A stretch of DNA of 64,000 nt from the NCBI GenBank assembly GCA_964521625.1, contig CAZFSM010000012.1:1310-65309 (forward strand), given 5' to 3'. The notes beneath the pieces are model-generated. The model saw only the letters and a program-made list of their open reading frames with translations, was not told the origin of the DNA and did not search any database. This DNA comes from an uncultured Veillonellaceae bacterium. Its GTDB lineage: Bacteria; Bacillota; Negativicutes; UBA1444. Position numbers and translations under genes: made by a program. Below are positions 20,915 through 32,195 of the stretch, one piece after another (the first letter of the stretch is position 1; every line of letters begins with the position of its first letter).

Positions 20915-22371
20915 GAGCGCTTCCTCCCTTTCGGCTTCTGCCCCATGGCACAGGCAGTCTCTTCAAAAACAAACTTCGATCCCTGCAATTCCTTGGCGCA
21001 GGCGACTTCCGTCGGATACTCGCCATGGAAGCAGGCAGAGCAAAGTCCGCCCAAATTGACCTGAGTCACCGCTTGCTTGAGTCCTTCCAGCGACAGGTAG
21101 TACAAAGAATCCGCACCGATGTAGCGCCGGATCTGTTCGACCGTCTTGAAACTGGCAATCAGCTCTTTGCGGGCCGTGGTATCGATGCCGTAATAACAGG
21201 GATAAACAATCGGCGGCGAGCTGACGCACATGTGGATTTTTTTCGCACCGGCTTCGCGCAACATTTTGACGATCCGGCCGCTGGTCGTACCGCGAACGAT
21301 CGAGTCGTCAACCATGATGACTGATTTTCCGGCCACTGCCGGCGCAACCGCATTCAGTTTGATCCGTACTCCCGCGTCGCGTTTCTTTTGTTCCGGCTGA
21401 ATAAAGGTCCGCCCGATATAGCGGTTTTTGATTAATCCTTCAGCAAACGGAATCCCCGATTGGGAACTGAATCCATGCGCCGCAGTCGTGCCGGAGTCCG
21501 GCACCGAAATCACGATATCGGCGGTCAGGCCGCTTTCGATCGCCAACTGACGCCCCATGGCCAGACGGGCCAGATGAACGCTCTGTCCGTCAATTATGCT
21601 ATCGGGACGGGCAAAATAGATATACTCAAAAACGCAGAGCGCCGGTGGTTTTTTTTCGTCGACCAGGCGTCGGGACCGCAACTCTTTGCCATCGACTACC
21701 AACATCTCGCCAGGTTCAATATCACGAATCATCTTGGCGCCGACTGCATCAAGCGCACAGGACTCCGAGGCAAAAACCCAACCGCCGTCCGGCATCTGCC
21801 CAAGGCACAACGGACGGAAACCGTTGGGGTCACGCACGCCAATCAGTCGGTCTTCTGTCATGATCACCAGGCAATAGGCGCCCTCGACCTGATTCATGCT
21901 TTCAACGATCCGGTCTTCGACATTTTTCTTTTTCGAGCGGGCAATCAGATTCACGATCACTTCGCTGTCAACCGTGGTCTGGAATACACTGCCGCCCTGC
22001 TCCAGTTTTTTGCGCAACAACGGCGCATTAGTCAGGTTGCCGTTGTGAGCCATAGCGATGCGACCGCCGGCATACGACACAAGTAACGGCTGAATATTTG
22101 CCGCCAGGCTGGAACCGGTGGTGGAATACCGGACATGACCGATTGCAATATGTCCCGGCATCTCCGGCAGGTAATCACGGAACACTTCGTTGACCAGACC
22201 CATCCCGCGCCGGATATCCATCGCATAACCATTGGCCACGCAGATGCCGGCGCTTTCCTGGCCCCGGTGCTGCAATGCATACAAACCCCAGTAGGTGTTC
22301 AGCGCCACATCGACGCCTGGTGCATAGATGCCGAAAATCCCGCATTCTTCATGCAGTTTATCGTCGTTCAT
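20911..22371 (-). CDS. purF: amidophosphoribosyltransferase
   Basis: N-terminal nucleophile Cys ([17 protein letters not shown]) plus a PRTase domain and C-terminal Cys ligands. Confidence 0.95.
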   Translation of the reverse strand: MNDDKLHEECGIFGIYAPGVDVALNTYWGLYALQHRGQESAGICVANGYAMDIRRGMGLVNEVFRDYLPEMPGHIAIGHVRYSTTGSSLAANIQPLLVSYAGGRIAMAHNGNLTNAPLLRKKLEQGGSVFQTTVDSEVIVNLIARSKKKNVEDRIVESMNQVEGAYCLVIMTEDRLIGVRDPNGFRPLCLGQMPDGGWVFASESCALDAVGAKMIRDIEPGEMLVVDGKELRSRRLVDEKKPPALCVFEYIYFARPDSIIDGQSVHLARLAMGRQLAIESGLTADIVISVPDSGTTAAHGFSSQSGIPFAEGLIKNRYIGRTFIQPEQKKRDAGVRIKLNAVAPAVAGKSVIMVDDSIVRGTTSGRIVKMLREAGAKKIHMCVSSPPIVYPCYYGIDTTARKELIASFKTVEQIRRYIGADSLYYLSLEGLKQAVTQVNLGGLCSACFHGEYPTEVACAKELQGSKFVFEETACAMGQKPKGRKRS

Positions 22372-22375
22372 CAGG

Positions 22376-23086
22376 CTACATAACCTCGCCGGTCAAACGC
22401 TTTAACACTTCGCGGTAAGCGTCCTCGACATTGCCGAGGTCGCGTCGAAAACGATCCTTGTCCAGTTTTTGTTTAGTTTCGCTATCCCATAACCGACAGG
22501 TATCCGGCGAAATCTCATCGCCAAGAATGACCTGACCTTTGTGCACGCCAAACTCCAGTTTGAAGTCGATCAGTTCGACATTTTTGGTTTTCAGATAAGC
22601 CGACAGAATTTCATTTATTTTCAAAGCATAGACCTTAATCTCGGCAATTTGCTCCGGCGTCGCCAGACCCATCGCCTGGATGTGATATTCGTTGATCAGC
22701 GGGTCATGCAGATCGTCGTTTTTATAGTAAAGTTCGAGCACCGGCATCGGCATCTTTGTTCCCTCTTCCCAGCCAATCCGTTTGGCCAGGCTACCCGCCG
22801 CCACGTTGCGCACCACAACTTCGACCTGGAGAATTTTCAGCGTTTTGACGATCATCTCGCGGTCACTAAGCAGCTTGATGAAATGATGAGGAATGCCATG
22901 CTCGGCGAGCAGATTGAAGAAAAAGGCCGAAACCTTGTTGTTGATGATGCCTTTGTTGATGATGGTGCCACGTTTGGTCCCGTCGAACGCGGTGGCGTCA
23001 TCCTTGAAATATACACGGTATTCATCCGGGTTCGCCGTCGCAAATACCTTTTTCGCTTTGCCTTCGTACAGTTGATTCTCTTCCAT
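22376..23086 (-). CDS. purC: SAICAR synthetase
   Basis: The probable start [15 protein letters not shown] at 23086 follows GGAGGG. The track ORF begins 13 codons upstream. Confidence 0.9.
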   Translation of the reverse strand: MEENQLYEGKAKKVFATANPDEYRVYFKDDATAFDGTKRGTIINKGIINNKVSAFFFNLLAEHGIPHHFIKLLSDREMIVKTLKILQVEVVVRNVAAGSLAKRIGWEEGTKMPMPVLELYYKNDDLHDPLINEYHIQAMGLATPEQIAEIKVYALKINEILSAYLKTKNVELIDFKLEFGVHKGQVILGDEISPDTCRLWDSETKQKLDKDRFRRDLGNVEDAYREVLKRLTGEVM

Positions 23087-23223
23087 GTTGTCACCCTCCA
23101 AATTTTGTTTTTCAAAATTATTCACATCATTATTTGCAGCACTGTTTTATTGGATCGCTCCGACGCTGGCGCTTAACCTCCGCTATTCCAATAAAACAAG
23201 CTGCTTGACTAATCTCTCTTTTC

Positions 23224-23715
23224 CTAGCTTTCTAATTTCGCCGCCAGTTTTTGCGCTTTTTTCTCGACCTGTTCGGCCATCGTCTTGCGGTAAGCACGGA
23301 ATTTGCGCTGCAAGCTTGGCGATGAGGTCGCCAGGATCTGCGCCGCGAACAATCCGGCATTTTTAGCGCCATTGATTGCCATGCAGGCCACCGGGATTCC
23401 TGCCGGCATCTGCACGATACTGAGCAACGCATCCATGCCGCCTAGCGATGTGCTGTTCACCGGCACACCGATGATTGGCACTGTCGTATAGGCCGCCACC
23501 ACGCCTGGCAGATGCGCCGCCGCCCCAGCCGCCGCAATGATCACGCCAACGCCGCGGCCGGAAGCACCTTCGGCAAATTCATGCACTTTATCCGGCGTTC
23601 GGTGGGCCGACGCCACGACAACTTCGGTCTCGATCCCAAATTCCTTCAACACCTCGACTGCCGGCGCCATGACATCCCAATCGGAATCACTTCCCATGAT
23701 TATAGCGACTTTCAC
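23224..23715 (-). CDS. purE: N5-carboxyaminoimidazole ribonucleotide mutase
   Basis: 163 aa ([16 protein letters not shown]...), GTG start after GAAGGAGGG. First gene of the pur operon. Confidence 0.9.
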   Translation of the reverse strand: MKVAIIMGSDSDWDVMAPAVEVLKEFGIETEVVVASAHRTPDKVHEFAEGASGRGVGVIIAAAGAAAHLPGVVAAYTTVPIIGVPVNSTSLGGMDALLSIVQMPAGIPVACMAINGAKNAGLFAAQILATSSPSLQRKFRAYRKTMAEQVEKKAQKLAAKLES

Positions 23716-23774
23716 AACCGACCCTCCTTCAATACTTTTTTAAAGTCGTTCTACTTAAGACATATATTTTAGGG

Positions 23775-23829
23775 TAAAAAAACAGGCGGGGAGCTTCGCA
23801 TCATTGAATCAGCGAAACCTCCCCGCCCG
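23775..23829 (-). terminator. intrinsic terminator / attenuator inside the purE 5' leader
   Basis: On the minus strand the leader forms GGCGGGGAGGUUUCGC-loop-GCGAAGCUCCCCGCC (about 16 bp) followed by UGUUUUUUU. It lies about 60 nt upstream of the purE Shine-Dalgarno sequence. Confidence 0.6.
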
Positions 23830-24012
23830 GGCTTTTGTCCCCTCGGTGTAGCGCATAAGCGCCTGCGCCACTTGGTCGCAGCCACACCAACATCACCCGT
23901 TCAAATCTGAACGGCACGGGCAACGTCGGCCGTGCGGAACCCTAGGCACACTTTCGCACGTAAGACTTTTGAGACAGCTCAAAAATATACGGCGGATATA
24001 TACTTCACCACC

Positions 24013-24042
24013 ATTGTATCAGTGAGCCGAAAACCATGTCAA
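24013..24042 (-). promoter_or_regulatory. sigma-70/SigA-type promoter of the pur operon
   Basis: On the minus strand TTGACA-N18-TACAAT, about 290 nt upstream of the purE start. Confidence 0.55.
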
Positions 24043-24207
24043 CCCGAAATATGAACTTTAATTAAATTTTAACAGAAATCGTTCGGATTCCTCTTCGCAC
24101 AGTCTGTATTATTTCACCCTTAGGCCAGAGATAAACAGTCTGTAGCTCGAAATAAATTCGACTAAACTTCAGTTGTAATTGAAATTACACCTGAAGTAAG
24201 TCTGCAT

Positions 24208-25749
24208 TTATTCCCACTCTATCGTCGAAGGAGGTTTGGATGTCACATCATATACGATCCGATTGACTCCTTTGACCTCATTGACGATTCGGCGTGACAT
24301 TTTATCCAGCACTTCGTAAGGCATACGCGACCAGTCGGCCGTCATGCCATCTTCGCTTTCAACCGCGCGGATACCGATCGTGTAGGCATAGGTTCGTTCA
24401 TCGCCCATGACCCCGACACTCTTGATCGCCGGCAGTACGGCAAACGATTGCCAGATCTTGCGGTGCAGGCCAGCATTGCGAATCTCTTCCCGCACGATTG
24501 CATCAGCTTCCCGCAAGATGTTCAACCGATCTTCGGTGATTTCGCCAATGATCCGGATCGCCAGACCCGGACCGGGAAATGGCTGCCGTTGGACGATTTC
24601 TTCCGACAGACCCAGCTCGGCGCCCAATACGCGGACTTCGTCCTTGAACAACTCCCTGAGCGGTTCGACCAGGGCAAATTTCATGTCCTTCGGCAAGCCG
24701 CCGACGTTGTGGTGACTCTTGATCACCGCTGCCGTCGAGGTGCCGCTTTCGATCACATCCGGATATAATGTTCCCTGAACCAGGAAATCGGAAGCGCCGA
24801 TTTTTTCCGCTTCGCTTTCGAACACCCGGATGAATTCTTCGCCGATGATCTTGCGTTTGCTTTCCGGTTCAGTCACGCCGGCAACCCGGTTCATAAACCG
24901 TTCTGTGGCATCGACGTGAACCAGGTTGATATGAAACTCATCACGAAAAGTATGCACCACTTGTTTGGCTTCATCCTTGCGCATAAATCCGTGATCGACA
25001 AATACGCAGGTCAATTGATCACCGACCGCCCGGTGTACCAACACTGCAGCCACCGAAGAATCGACGCCGCCGGACAGGCCGCACAGAACCTTCTTGCCAC
25101 CGACCTGTGCGCGAATTTTCGCCACGGCCATATCGATAAAGGAACCCATATTCCAGTCGCCGCGACAGCAACAGATGTTGAACAGGAAGTTTTTCAAAAG
25201 CGGTGTTCCTTCACGGGTATGTACTACTTCCGGATGAAACTGAACGCCATATAGCTTGAGCGCAGCGTTGGACATCGCCGCCGTCGGCGTGTTGGAGGTG
25301 TTGGCCGATACGACAAATCCGGCCGGTGGACGGACAATCGAATCGCCATGACTCATCCAGACTGGCGTGGGCGCAGCAATCCCTTTGAACAAAGCTGCCT
25401 CCACATCGTGGTTCAAGTCCGCATGCCCGTATTCGCGCGCTTCAGACCGGGCAACTTCGCCGCCCAGTTGTAGTGCCATCAACTGCATTCCGTAACAGAT
25501 CCCCAAAACAGGAACACCCAGTGAATAGATCCCCGGATCACTGTGCGGCGCTTTTTCACCGTAGACGCTGTTCGGTCCGCCGGAGAAAATGATCCCTTTG
25601 GGGTTTTTCGCTTTAATCTCCGCCAGCGATGCGTGATAAGGTATGATTTCGCTGTACACGCCGCATTCCCGGACCCTGCGGGCGATCAGCTGGCTGTACT
25701 GCGCACCGAAATCGATGACCAGAACCAGTTCGTCATGTTTGACTGTCAT
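24208..25749 (-). CDS. guaA: GMP synthase (glutamine-hydrolysing)
   Basis: 513 aa with an N-terminal GATase domain (LGICYGMQL), an ATP-PPase SGGVDSS motif and a C-terminal dimerisation domain. Confidence 0.95.
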   Translation of the reverse strand: MTVKHDELVLVIDFGAQYSQLIARRVRECGVYSEIIPYHASLAEIKAKNPKGIIFSGGPNSVYGEKAPHSDPGIYSLGVPVLGICYGMQLMALQLGGEVARSEAREYGHADLNHDVEAALFKGIAAPTPVWMSHGDSIVRPPAGFVVSANTSNTPTAAMSNAALKLYGVQFHPEVVHTREGTPLLKNFLFNICCCRGDWNMGSFIDMAVAKIRAQVGGKKVLCGLSGGVDSSVAAVLVHRAVGDQLTCVFVDHGFMRKDEAKQVVHTFRDEFHINLVHVDATERFMNRVAGVTEPESKRKIIGEEFIRVFESEAEKIGASDFLVQGTLYPDVIESGTSTAAVIKSHHNVGGLPKDMKFALVEPLRELFKDEVRVLGAELGLSEEIVQRQPFPGPGLAIRIIGEITEDRLNILREADAIVREEIRNAGLHRKIWQSFAVLPAIKSVGVMGDERTYAYTIGIRAVESEDGMTADWSRMPYEVLDKMSRRIVNEVKGVNRIVYDVTSKPPSTIEWE

Positions 25750-25830
25750 GCTTGATTCATTGCCTCCTGCGCGATAATGTTTTGGTCAATTATAGCATAT
25801 TTTTCAATCTGACAGCCATTGCAGAAATTT

Positions 25831-26979
25831 CTACTTCACTAGCGGGATAAATTCAGCGTAACCCTCTTCCGCCATTTTTGCCAATGGTACGAATCGCAGC
25901 GACGCACTATTCATACAGTAGCGCAAACCGCCCTTGTCCGCCGGTCCGTCATTGAATAAATGTCCGAGATGGCTGTCACCTGCCCGGCTTCTCACTTCCA
26001 CCCGTTCCATAAACAGCTTTTTATCTTTGCGAACGGTTACCGCCTCTGTCGCTATCGGTCGGGTGTAGCTGGGCCAGCCGGTGCCGGAATCAAATTTGTC
26101 CTTGGAACTGAACAACGGTTCTCCCGTGACCACATCAACATAGATTCCCGCCTCGTGATTGTTCCAATATTCATTGTTAAAGGGGGATTCAGTCCCATCT
26201 TTCTGCGTCACCTGATACTGGAGGTCGGTCAATTTCTTTTTGATCTCTTCAGTCGAAGGTTTTGGGTAGGTCTTGGCAACAGCCGTTTCCGACTGCTTGT
26301 CTGTCTTCGCTTTCACATTTTCCTTATTCATCGGATCCTTATCCAAGCTTTTCAAATCGATATGGCAATAGCCGTTTGGATTCTTCACCAGGTATTTCTG
26401 ATGGTAGGCCTCTGCGACATAGTAATTGCGCAGTGGAACGACTTCAGTGACAATCTTGGCCGAGTATTTTTTTTGTTCGCCGGCTACTACCTGCTCTATC
26501 GTCGCTTTATCGGCAGGATCCCGGTAATAGATGCCGCTGCGGTACTGTACTCCCCGGTCATTACCCTGCCGGTTCAGACTTGTCGGATCGACCACTTTAA
26601 AGAAATAGGCCAGCAGTGTGGCAAGTTCGATGCGTTGTGGATCATATTGCACATACACTGCCTCAGCGTGCCCGGTGTTACTGTAACAAACCTGCTCATA
26701 GGTAGGATTTTCGGTGTTGCCGTTGGCATATCCCACATCGGCGTAAACAACGCCGTCCAGCTTGTCCAGATAAGCCTCCAACCCCCAAAAACAACCTCCG
26801 GCAAGCCATATCTCCCTGTGGCCTGGTTTAAGTTCCGGTTGCACCGGCTTATCGAAAGTTTTCCCTTTGTTTTCAACATTGTTCGTATTCATGATTAACC
26901 CCTTTCCGCAGCCACTGACTGCTGCCATTACTGTTATGATAATCAGTCCCATCAAAACAACAACCAGAGTTTTTTTCAC
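25831..26979 (-). CDS. msrAB: bifunctional peptide methionine sulfoxide reductase MsrA/MsrB, lipoprotein
   Basis: Signal peptide with lipobox VSGC, MsrA motif GGCFWG, and a C-terminal MsrB domain (CMNSASLRF). Confidence 0.9.
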   Translation of the reverse strand: MKKTLVVVLMGLIIITVMAAVSGCGKGLIMNTNNVENKGKTFDKPVQPELKPGHREIWLAGGCFWGLEAYLDKLDGVVYADVGYANGNTENPTYEQVCYSNTGHAEAVYVQYDPQRIELATLLAYFFKVVDPTSLNRQGNDRGVQYRSGIYYRDPADKATIEQVVAGEQKKYSAKIVTEVVPLRNYYVAEAYHQKYLVKNPNGYCHIDLKSLDKDPMNKENVKAKTDKQSETAVAKTYPKPSTEEIKKKLTDLQYQVTQKDGTESPFNNEYWNNHEAGIYVDVVTGEPLFSSKDKFDSGTGWPSYTRPIATEAVTVRKDKKLFMERVEVRSRAGDSHLGHLFNDGPADKGGLRYCMNSASLRFVPLAKMAEEGYAEFIPLVK

Positions 26980-27006
26980 CGGCCATCCCCCTATTCAACA
27001 ATACCG

Positions 27007-27582
27007 TTATTTCATGGCCGCAATCTTCGCATTGATACTAGTGTTGGGATACTGCCCAGGGACCGCTGCGACAAGAGCTCCGTCAGAACCGATATAAAGC
27101 GAGGTCGGAAACGCTCTCACGCCAAACTGTCTGGCCATCACTCCTCCTTCGTCGAGTAACACCGGGAACTTATAGCCGCGTTCGGCAAACCATCTGGTAA
27201 AATCAGCCGAAGATTTTTCACCGAAAGCTCCGGGAGCGACCATCGACAAAACGACAACGTCACTTGTTTTTTCATAGGAGCCGGCCAAAGTTTCAAACTC
27301 GCCGATTCCGCTGATGCAGACCGGACACCAACTGGCCCAGTATTCGATATATACTTTCTTGCCACGATAGTCCGACAACGAATGCGATTTCCCGTTCAGA
27401 TCGTTCAGTTGGAAATTGATAACCTTGCGCTCTTCATTCGCCGGTTTTACAACCTGGTTCTGTTCCACATTTCCGGCTCCGCTCTTACCGGTCCCGACTT
27501 TCTCTTCCCCTCCGGTCGCTGAACAACCGGCAAGCAAAAGCGTCAGTACTAAAACCAGCGACATTTTTGTAATCATTCTCAT
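27007..27582 (-). CDS. TlpA/ResA-like thiol:disulfide oxidoreductase lipoprotein (thioredoxin fold)
   Basis: Lipobox LAGC and a WASWCPVC redox motif. Confidence 0.85.
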   Translation of the reverse strand: MRMITKMSLVLVLTLLLAGCSATGGEEKVGTGKSGAGNVEQNQVVKPANEERKVINFQLNDLNGKSHSLSDYRGKKVYIEYWASWCPVCISGIGEFETLAGSYEKTSDVVVLSMVAPGAFGEKSSADFTRWFAERGYKFPVLLDEGGVMARQFGVRAFPTSLYIGSDGALVAAVPGQYPNTSINAKIAAMK

Positions 27583-27600
27583 ATTTCCAATTCCTTTCCC

Positions 27601-28293
27601 CTATAAAAAATTGATCGCCAATACATTCAGATTGTCAGTCATTAAAAGCACGCCCATGATGATGATCAAAATTCCACTGGCAACCTGAATCTTTGGCAAA
27701 TGGCGATGCACTTTCTTCAGCTTCACCAGAACCCTGGCGCCCAGGAACGCCAGCAAGACAAAGGGTAGTGAAAGTCCCGCCGAATACACCAACATCAGAA
27801 CAGCCGCACCAAAAGACTCTCCCTGATTGGACGCCAGCGCCAGCACCGTAGCCAGTACAGGTCCCACACAGGGAGTCCAGCCAAAACTGAAAGTAAAGCC
27901 AAGTAAAAACGCGCCGATGATTCCCGGGCGGGGATTCCCGTTTGACTCCCACTTTTTCTGCCTTTCGAGAAAGCGAAATCGGATCAGTCCAGTCTGGTGA
28001 ATCCCCAGAACAATCACCAAAATTCCGCAACCCACCAAAAACAGCCGACTATCAAGCAACTTCCCCGCCAGTCCTGCGCCAAAGCCCATAATAACAAAAC
28101 TGGTAGACAGACCGGAGACAAATAGCAAAGTTCGCAGGATCAGTCGTAAATCGAGACTGTTCTTACTGCCGGAGACCACGGCAGAGCTGTCTGCTGCGGC
28201 GGCAAGTTCGGCAAAATAGACCGGCAGCAACGGCAAAGTGCAGGGAGAAAAGAATGATAGGATTCCGGCAAGAAAAACAATATCGGCTGTCAT
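27601..28293 (-). CDS. ccdA: cytochrome c-type biogenesis / thiol-disulfide transmembrane electron transporter CcdA (DsbD family)
   Basis: Polytopic membrane protein with the two conserved cysteines (FFSPCTLPLLP and GWTPCVGP). Confidence 0.85.
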   Translation of the reverse strand: MTADIVFLAGILSFFSPCTLPLLPVYFAELAAAADSSAVVSGSKNSLDLRLILRTLLFVSGLSTSFVIMGFGAGLAGKLLDSRLFLVGCGILVIVLGIHQTGLIRFRFLERQKKWESNGNPRPGIIGAFLLGFTFSFGWTPCVGPVLATVLALASNQGESFGAAVLMLVYSAGLSLPFVLLAFLGARVLVKLKKVHRHLPKIQVASGILIIIMGVLLMTDNLNVLAINFL

Positions 28294-28455
28294 CTTTTCA
28301 ACTCCACAACAACGGTTTTATACACCATTCATTTATTAACGTCCTAAGTTTAATTATACGCTATATTTAACTATTTAATAATTGATATTGATTAATTATT
28401 TTAGAACCGATTTTAGCGCTGGCATGGTTTATTCGGATGATTATTGAACACAAAA

Positions 28456-28491
28456 GAACGGATCGGGTGGAGGATTCCACCCGATCCGTTC
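28456..28491 (-). terminator. intrinsic terminator downstream of the DUF1499 gene
   Basis: Perfect 15 bp inverted repeat GAACGGATCGGGTGG-aggatt-CCACCCGATCCGTTC, followed on the minus strand by TTTTGTGTT. Confidence 0.7.
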
Positions 28492-28592
28492 TTCTATTCG
28501 CTAGTCATGGACTCGCTGGTATCCATGCCACCTGGCATGCCATCCAGATTTGACCGGGCACGGCACAAAAAAAACCGTCGATGATTATAGCC

Positions 28593-29054
28593 TTACTTTT
28601 CAGCCTGTTCGTAAAGGTTCCGCAGTCGCTCATACCGTTTCCGGTTAACTCCCAGATCCGAATAGCCGACCCGCGAGGCAGAACGGTAGTGAACCACCCG
28701 GTCTTTCTCGCTGAAGAAAAATTCCACATCGTCTTTGAACGGAATTAACGACACGGTAAAAACCAGATGCAGATAGTCCGGCTTCTCCACGAGAATCTGC
28801 GCCCCGCCGAATTCTGCCGTCGCCTTTTTTACAAGAGACTTCGTCTGCGCGAGATCGCCGGAATATGGAAACGGCTCAACGCGCTTATCCACTTGATCCG
28901 TCTGCGACGATACCGCGTTGGGAGAGTCTGGCAGCGGAGCCAGCATCCCGTCTTTCACGCCGAGGTTGGGAGGCACTGCACTGTTTTTGTTCGCCGCCAG
29001 GAACAACACCAGCAGGAGTATCCCGGCGACAATCAAACCAACAACACTTTTCAA
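28593..29054 (-). CDS. DUF1499 family protein with an N-terminal TM anchor
   Basis: 153 aa (TTG start). N-terminal TM segment and a conserved ...HLVFTVSLIPFKDDVEFFF... region typical of DUF1499. Confidence 0.55.
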   Translation of the reverse strand: MKSVVGLIVAGILLLVLFLAANKNSAVPPNLGVKDGMLAPLPDSPNAVSSQTDQVDKRVEPFPYSGDLAQTKSLVKKATAEFGGAQILVEKPDYLHLVFTVSLIPFKDDVEFFFSEKDRVVHYRSASRVGYSDLGVNRKRYERLRNLYEQAEK

Positions 29055-29126
29055 ACCAGCACTTCCCTTCTTAGTCCATCTTTGCCGCTGTGTCCTTCCC
29101 GCTATTTGGTTAATGGAAAATCTGCT

Positions 29127-30614
29127 TCAAGTTCCGCAAAAAGTCCGGTACGGACGGTTTGAGGACGGAGGAGGATCAGCGTACTCGGCATATTCAGGCA
29201 AGTAGGCAAAAGGCCTTGCCAATGCGTCCAGCAGCCGATTCATCACGCTGTAGTCAGCCTGTTGCACGGCGGCTTCCAAGGCTTCTTCCACCCGATGGTT
29301 GCGGGGGATGCGCTCCGGATTGCGTTGCTGCATCAACTGCCGCGAAGCCTCTATTGTTTGCTGCTGCCTGCCAAGCCTCGCCTGCCAAAGCTCGCTCCAG
29401 CGGGAATACTCTTCGCTGCCGGACAACGCATCGCCACCCGGTCTGTCAAAGGCCAGAGAACGGAAGGTATTGGTATAGTCAGCGCGAACCTTTTTCATCA
29501 TACCGAGGAGACCTTGAATCAGTGCTTCGTCCTGGGCTTCTTCGTTAAAAATTCCCAGTTTGGCTCTCATGCCAGCCAGCCACTGATACTGAAACTGCGC
29601 CGGAAAACTCGCAACCGCCTCCTGAGCCAGGCGAATCGCCTGCGACCGGTCAACATGCAATAGCGGCAAAAGCGCCTCGGCAAACCGGGCGAGGTTCCAG
29701 CCTGCAATATCCGGCTGATTTCCATAGGCGTAGCGACCCTGCGTGTCAATCGAGCTGAATACCGTTTCCGGATCGTAGGCATCCATGAAGGCGCAAGGAC
29801 CATAGTCGATCGTTTCGCCGGCAAGTGCCATGTTGTCGGTATTCATCACCCCGTGAATAAAGCCAACCAATTGCCATTGGGCAAGCAGTGCCGCCTGACG
29901 CCTGGTCACTTCCTGAAGCAGCGCAAGATATTGATTTTCCTCCGCTTCAATAGGAGAGAAATGACGATGAATAGTATAATCAGCCAGGGCCCTAAGTTCT
30001 TCGGGCGTGCCCCGGGTCGCAACATACTGAAAGGTCCCGACGCGCAGGTGACTGGCAGCCACGCGGGTCAGAACCGCGCCCGGTTGTTCCGTGTCTCGCA
30101 GGACGTCCTCACCGGTAGTCACCACCGCCAGACTGCGGGTCGTGGCTATGCCCAGCGCGTGCATCGCTTCGCTGATGATGTATTCGCGCAGCATCGGACC
30201 CAAAGCCGCACGACCGTCGCCCCGGCGGGAATAGGGTGTTTCCCCCGACCCTTTGAGTTGTATATCAAATCTTTCACGGCTGGGAGTGATCTGCTCGCCC
30301 AGCAACAGGGCCCTTCCGTCCCCTAGCATCGTAAAATGTCCAAATTGATGCCCCGCATAGGCTTGGGCCAGCGGTAAAGACCCTGGAGGAATGCGGTTGC
30401 CTGCCAGCGTCGCCACTCCCGCTTTGCTTCGTAGCGCCTGAACATCCAGCCCCAGAGATGCTGCCAAGGGCTCATTCAGAAGAATCAACTTCGGCAAACG
30501 TACCGGGGTTGGATTGATCAAGCTAAAAAAAGCTTTGGGCAGGCGGGCATAACTGTTATCAAAGTTCCAGCCTGCTTCGACGATGGCGATTTCCGCTCTT
30601 TTTCCATCCATCAC
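29127..30614 (-). CDS. selO: protein adenylyltransferase/UMPylase SelO (YdiU, UPF0061)
   Basis: 495 aa with kinase-like fold motifs (AGHQFGHF...LGDGRA...KGSG) and an inverted-ATP catalytic region. Confidence 0.85.
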   Translation of the reverse strand: MMDGKRAEIAIVEAGWNFDNSYARLPKAFFSLINPTPVRLPKLILLNEPLAASLGLDVQALRSKAGVATLAGNRIPPGSLPLAQAYAGHQFGHFTMLGDGRALLLGEQITPSRERFDIQLKGSGETPYSRRGDGRAALGPMLREYIISEAMHALGIATTRSLAVVTTGEDVLRDTEQPGAVLTRVAASHLRVGTFQYVATRGTPEELRALADYTIHRHFSPIEAEENQYLALLQEVTRRQAALLAQWQLVGFIHGVMNTDNMALAGETIDYGPCAFMDAYDPETVFSSIDTQGRYAYGNQPDIAGWNLARFAEALLPLLHVDRSQAIRLAQEAVASFPAQFQYQWLAGMRAKLGIFNEEAQDEALIQGLLGMMKKVRADYTNTFRSLAFDRPGGDALSGSEEYSRWSELWQARLGRQQQTIEASRQLMQQRNPERIPRNHRVEEALEAAVQQADYSVMNRLLDALARPFAYLPEYAEYADPPPSSNRPYRTFCGT

Positions 30615-31084
30615 AACCGCTCCTTACCGCTGTTATTCAGCAGGGCCCTCAATAATTTTCGCAACAGCCGCTGTAAAAAAAATGCCGTTGGCACCGATAT
30701 CAGGGCCCAGACCACCATTCCGCGAAAACTGGTCCAGCCCAGCCTGACAACAGCCGCTCCCCAATCCTGGCTTACCAGCGCCTGCAGGCCTTCTATCGAC
30801 AGCTCAACCGGCGGGTAACCGAACAACCGGTCTCCCCATTGCCAGAAAGGGATTATCAGCAATAACTGCAGAGGGTAGACCAGCCAATTTACCAGCTGAA
30901 TCGCAACGGGATTGAGGCGAAACAGGGCCGAAGCGGCTGCACAAAAAGCAGTCGTCGTTCCCAGCGCAGGAAAGACGCCAACGACGATTCCCGCAGCCAG
31001 GCTCCAGGCAAGCTTGTCCGGGGTGACCCCCTGAAGCAGCAGCGTTTTTATCGGTCCTTTAATTCTATTATTCCAGAACTCCAT
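30611..31084 (-). CDS. DUF2062 family membrane protein
   Basis: 157 aa. Its stop overlaps the selO start by 4 nt (ATGA-type coupling). TM-rich sequence with ...[18 protein letters not shown].... Confidence 0.55.
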   Translation of the reverse strand: MEFWNNRIKGPIKTLLLQGVTPDKLAWSLAAGIVVGVFPALGTTTAFCAAASALFRLNPVAIQLVNWLVYPLQLLLIIPFWQWGDRLFGYPPVELSIEGLQALVSQDWGAAVVRLGWTSFRGMVVWALISVPTAFFLQRLLRKLLRALLNNSGKERL

Positions 31085-31109
31085 TACATTATCCTCCAGG
31101 CAAACCCGC

Positions 31110-31466
31110 CTAAATCAGCCGCTCAATAGCCAGGTAGCCCATCGTGGCCGTTAATGCACTGAGAACGCAACCCCAGGCAATATCGACGAGACTAACTATC
31201 AGCGGCCAGTCGCGAATGGTTGCGTGATTGGTCAAGTCATAAGTGGCATAAGTCACCAGTCCAAAGAATACACCGGTAGTCAGCGCCTTTTGCCAACTGC
31301 CTGCTGCGAGTGCCGGCTGAACAACAAAAAACAGCATCCCCGCGATAAAGATCAGATAGAAGACAAAAGCGGCGATCAAGTTTGGCTTCTCAGCCAGCAG
31401 ATAACCCAGATGTTTTGCGTAGAACGATTTCGCTATCACAAGCAGCCAAGCCATATCGATTGCCAA
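31110..31466 (-). CDS. small integral membrane protein (DUF2177-like, 3-4 TM)
   Basis: 118 aa, strongly hydrophobic, same strand as and closely packed with its neighbours. Confidence 0.4.
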   Translation of the reverse strand: MAIDMAWLLVIAKSFYAKHLGYLLAEKPNLIAAFVFYLIFIAGMLFFVVQPALAAGSWQKALTTGVFFGLVTYATYDLTNHATIRDWPLIVSLVDIAWGCVLSALTATMGYLAIERLI

Positions 31467-31542
31467 AAAAAATCACTAGTAGGAAAAAAAATTGTTTCAG
31501 GGTTTTCACAGTAAACAGAGTGTCCATCTTGAATCTCCTCTC

Positions 31543-31848
31543 TCAGTCCTTGACCACCCTGACGTTCTTCCAAAAAGCGATATGTCCCTGGATCATACCG
31601 GCCTCGGTTGACGGTTCCGGATAATACCAGGCGGCATTTTTATCGGACTCGCCGCCCACCTGCACATGGTAATAAGCAGCTTTTCCCTTCCATGGGCATA
31701 CAGTATGATGGTCGCTCGGTTTCAGATATTCCATTTTTACATCCTGTTGCGGAAAGTACTGGTTCCCTTCCAGTTCAACCGGCTGATACGTCTCGGCAAT
31801 CAGGGTGTCTTTGAAATAAGCCTTTACCACAGCAATTCCTTCTTTCAC
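31543..31848 (-). CDS. DUF427 domain protein
   Basis: 101 aa with the pattern ...NQYFPQQDV...TVCPWKGKAAYYHV...AAWYYPEPS...HIAFW.... Confidence 0.55.
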   Translation of the reverse strand: MKEGIAVVKAYFKDTLIAETYQPVELEGNQYFPQQDVKMEYLKPSDHHTVCPWKGKAAYYHVQVGGESDKNAAWYYPEPSTEAGMIQGHIAFWKNVRVVKD

Positions 31849-31892
31849 TCAACATTGTGCTTGATTGCACCTGAAAAGCAGTCGCAAATTCC

Positions 31893-32195
31893 CTATTTCC
31901 CGTCTGTCACAGTGCAGTAATACTTTTTGTCAAGACCGTGCTCCGTTGTCAGCACACACTTGCCGCAGACACAGCCTTTTTCTTCGTCGATGCAGCGGCT
32001 TTTTTCGTACGCGCAATACATTCCTTCAAGCTGGTCGGTCTTGTCAATCCCTTTGATTAGATCCATCACATTCGCTGGCATCGATTTGATTTTGCAGGCA
32101 AAGGTATAACTAGGACAGCTCTTGCAGATACACTTGCGCATATTCTTGATTGTTTTTGGCACTTTTCCCATGATACCCTCCTTGTTTTCAGACAT
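31893..32195 (-). CDS. cysteine-rich small protein (DUF2769-like)
   Basis: 100 aa with CICKSCPS...C...C...CVCGKC motifs. Confidence 0.5.
   Translation of the reverse strand: MSENKEGIMGKVPKTIKNMRKCICKSCPSYTFACKIKSMPANVMDLIKGIDKTDQLEGMYCAYEKSRCIDEEKGCVCGKCVLTTEHGLDKKYYCTVTDGK

Noticed and set aside
23716-24010. Guanine/adenine (purine) riboswitch in the purE leader, as in B. subtilis
   Set aside because: The conserved purine-aptamer elements (UAUA...GGGAUAUGGCCC, GUUUCUACC, CCGUAAAU, GACUAUG) are not present in either orientation. The leader is therefore reported only as an unclassified structured attenuator.
25960-26898. 312 aa plus-strand ORF
   Set aside because: Antisense to msrAB. No start context or recognisable domains. 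An artefact of a stop-free antisense frame.
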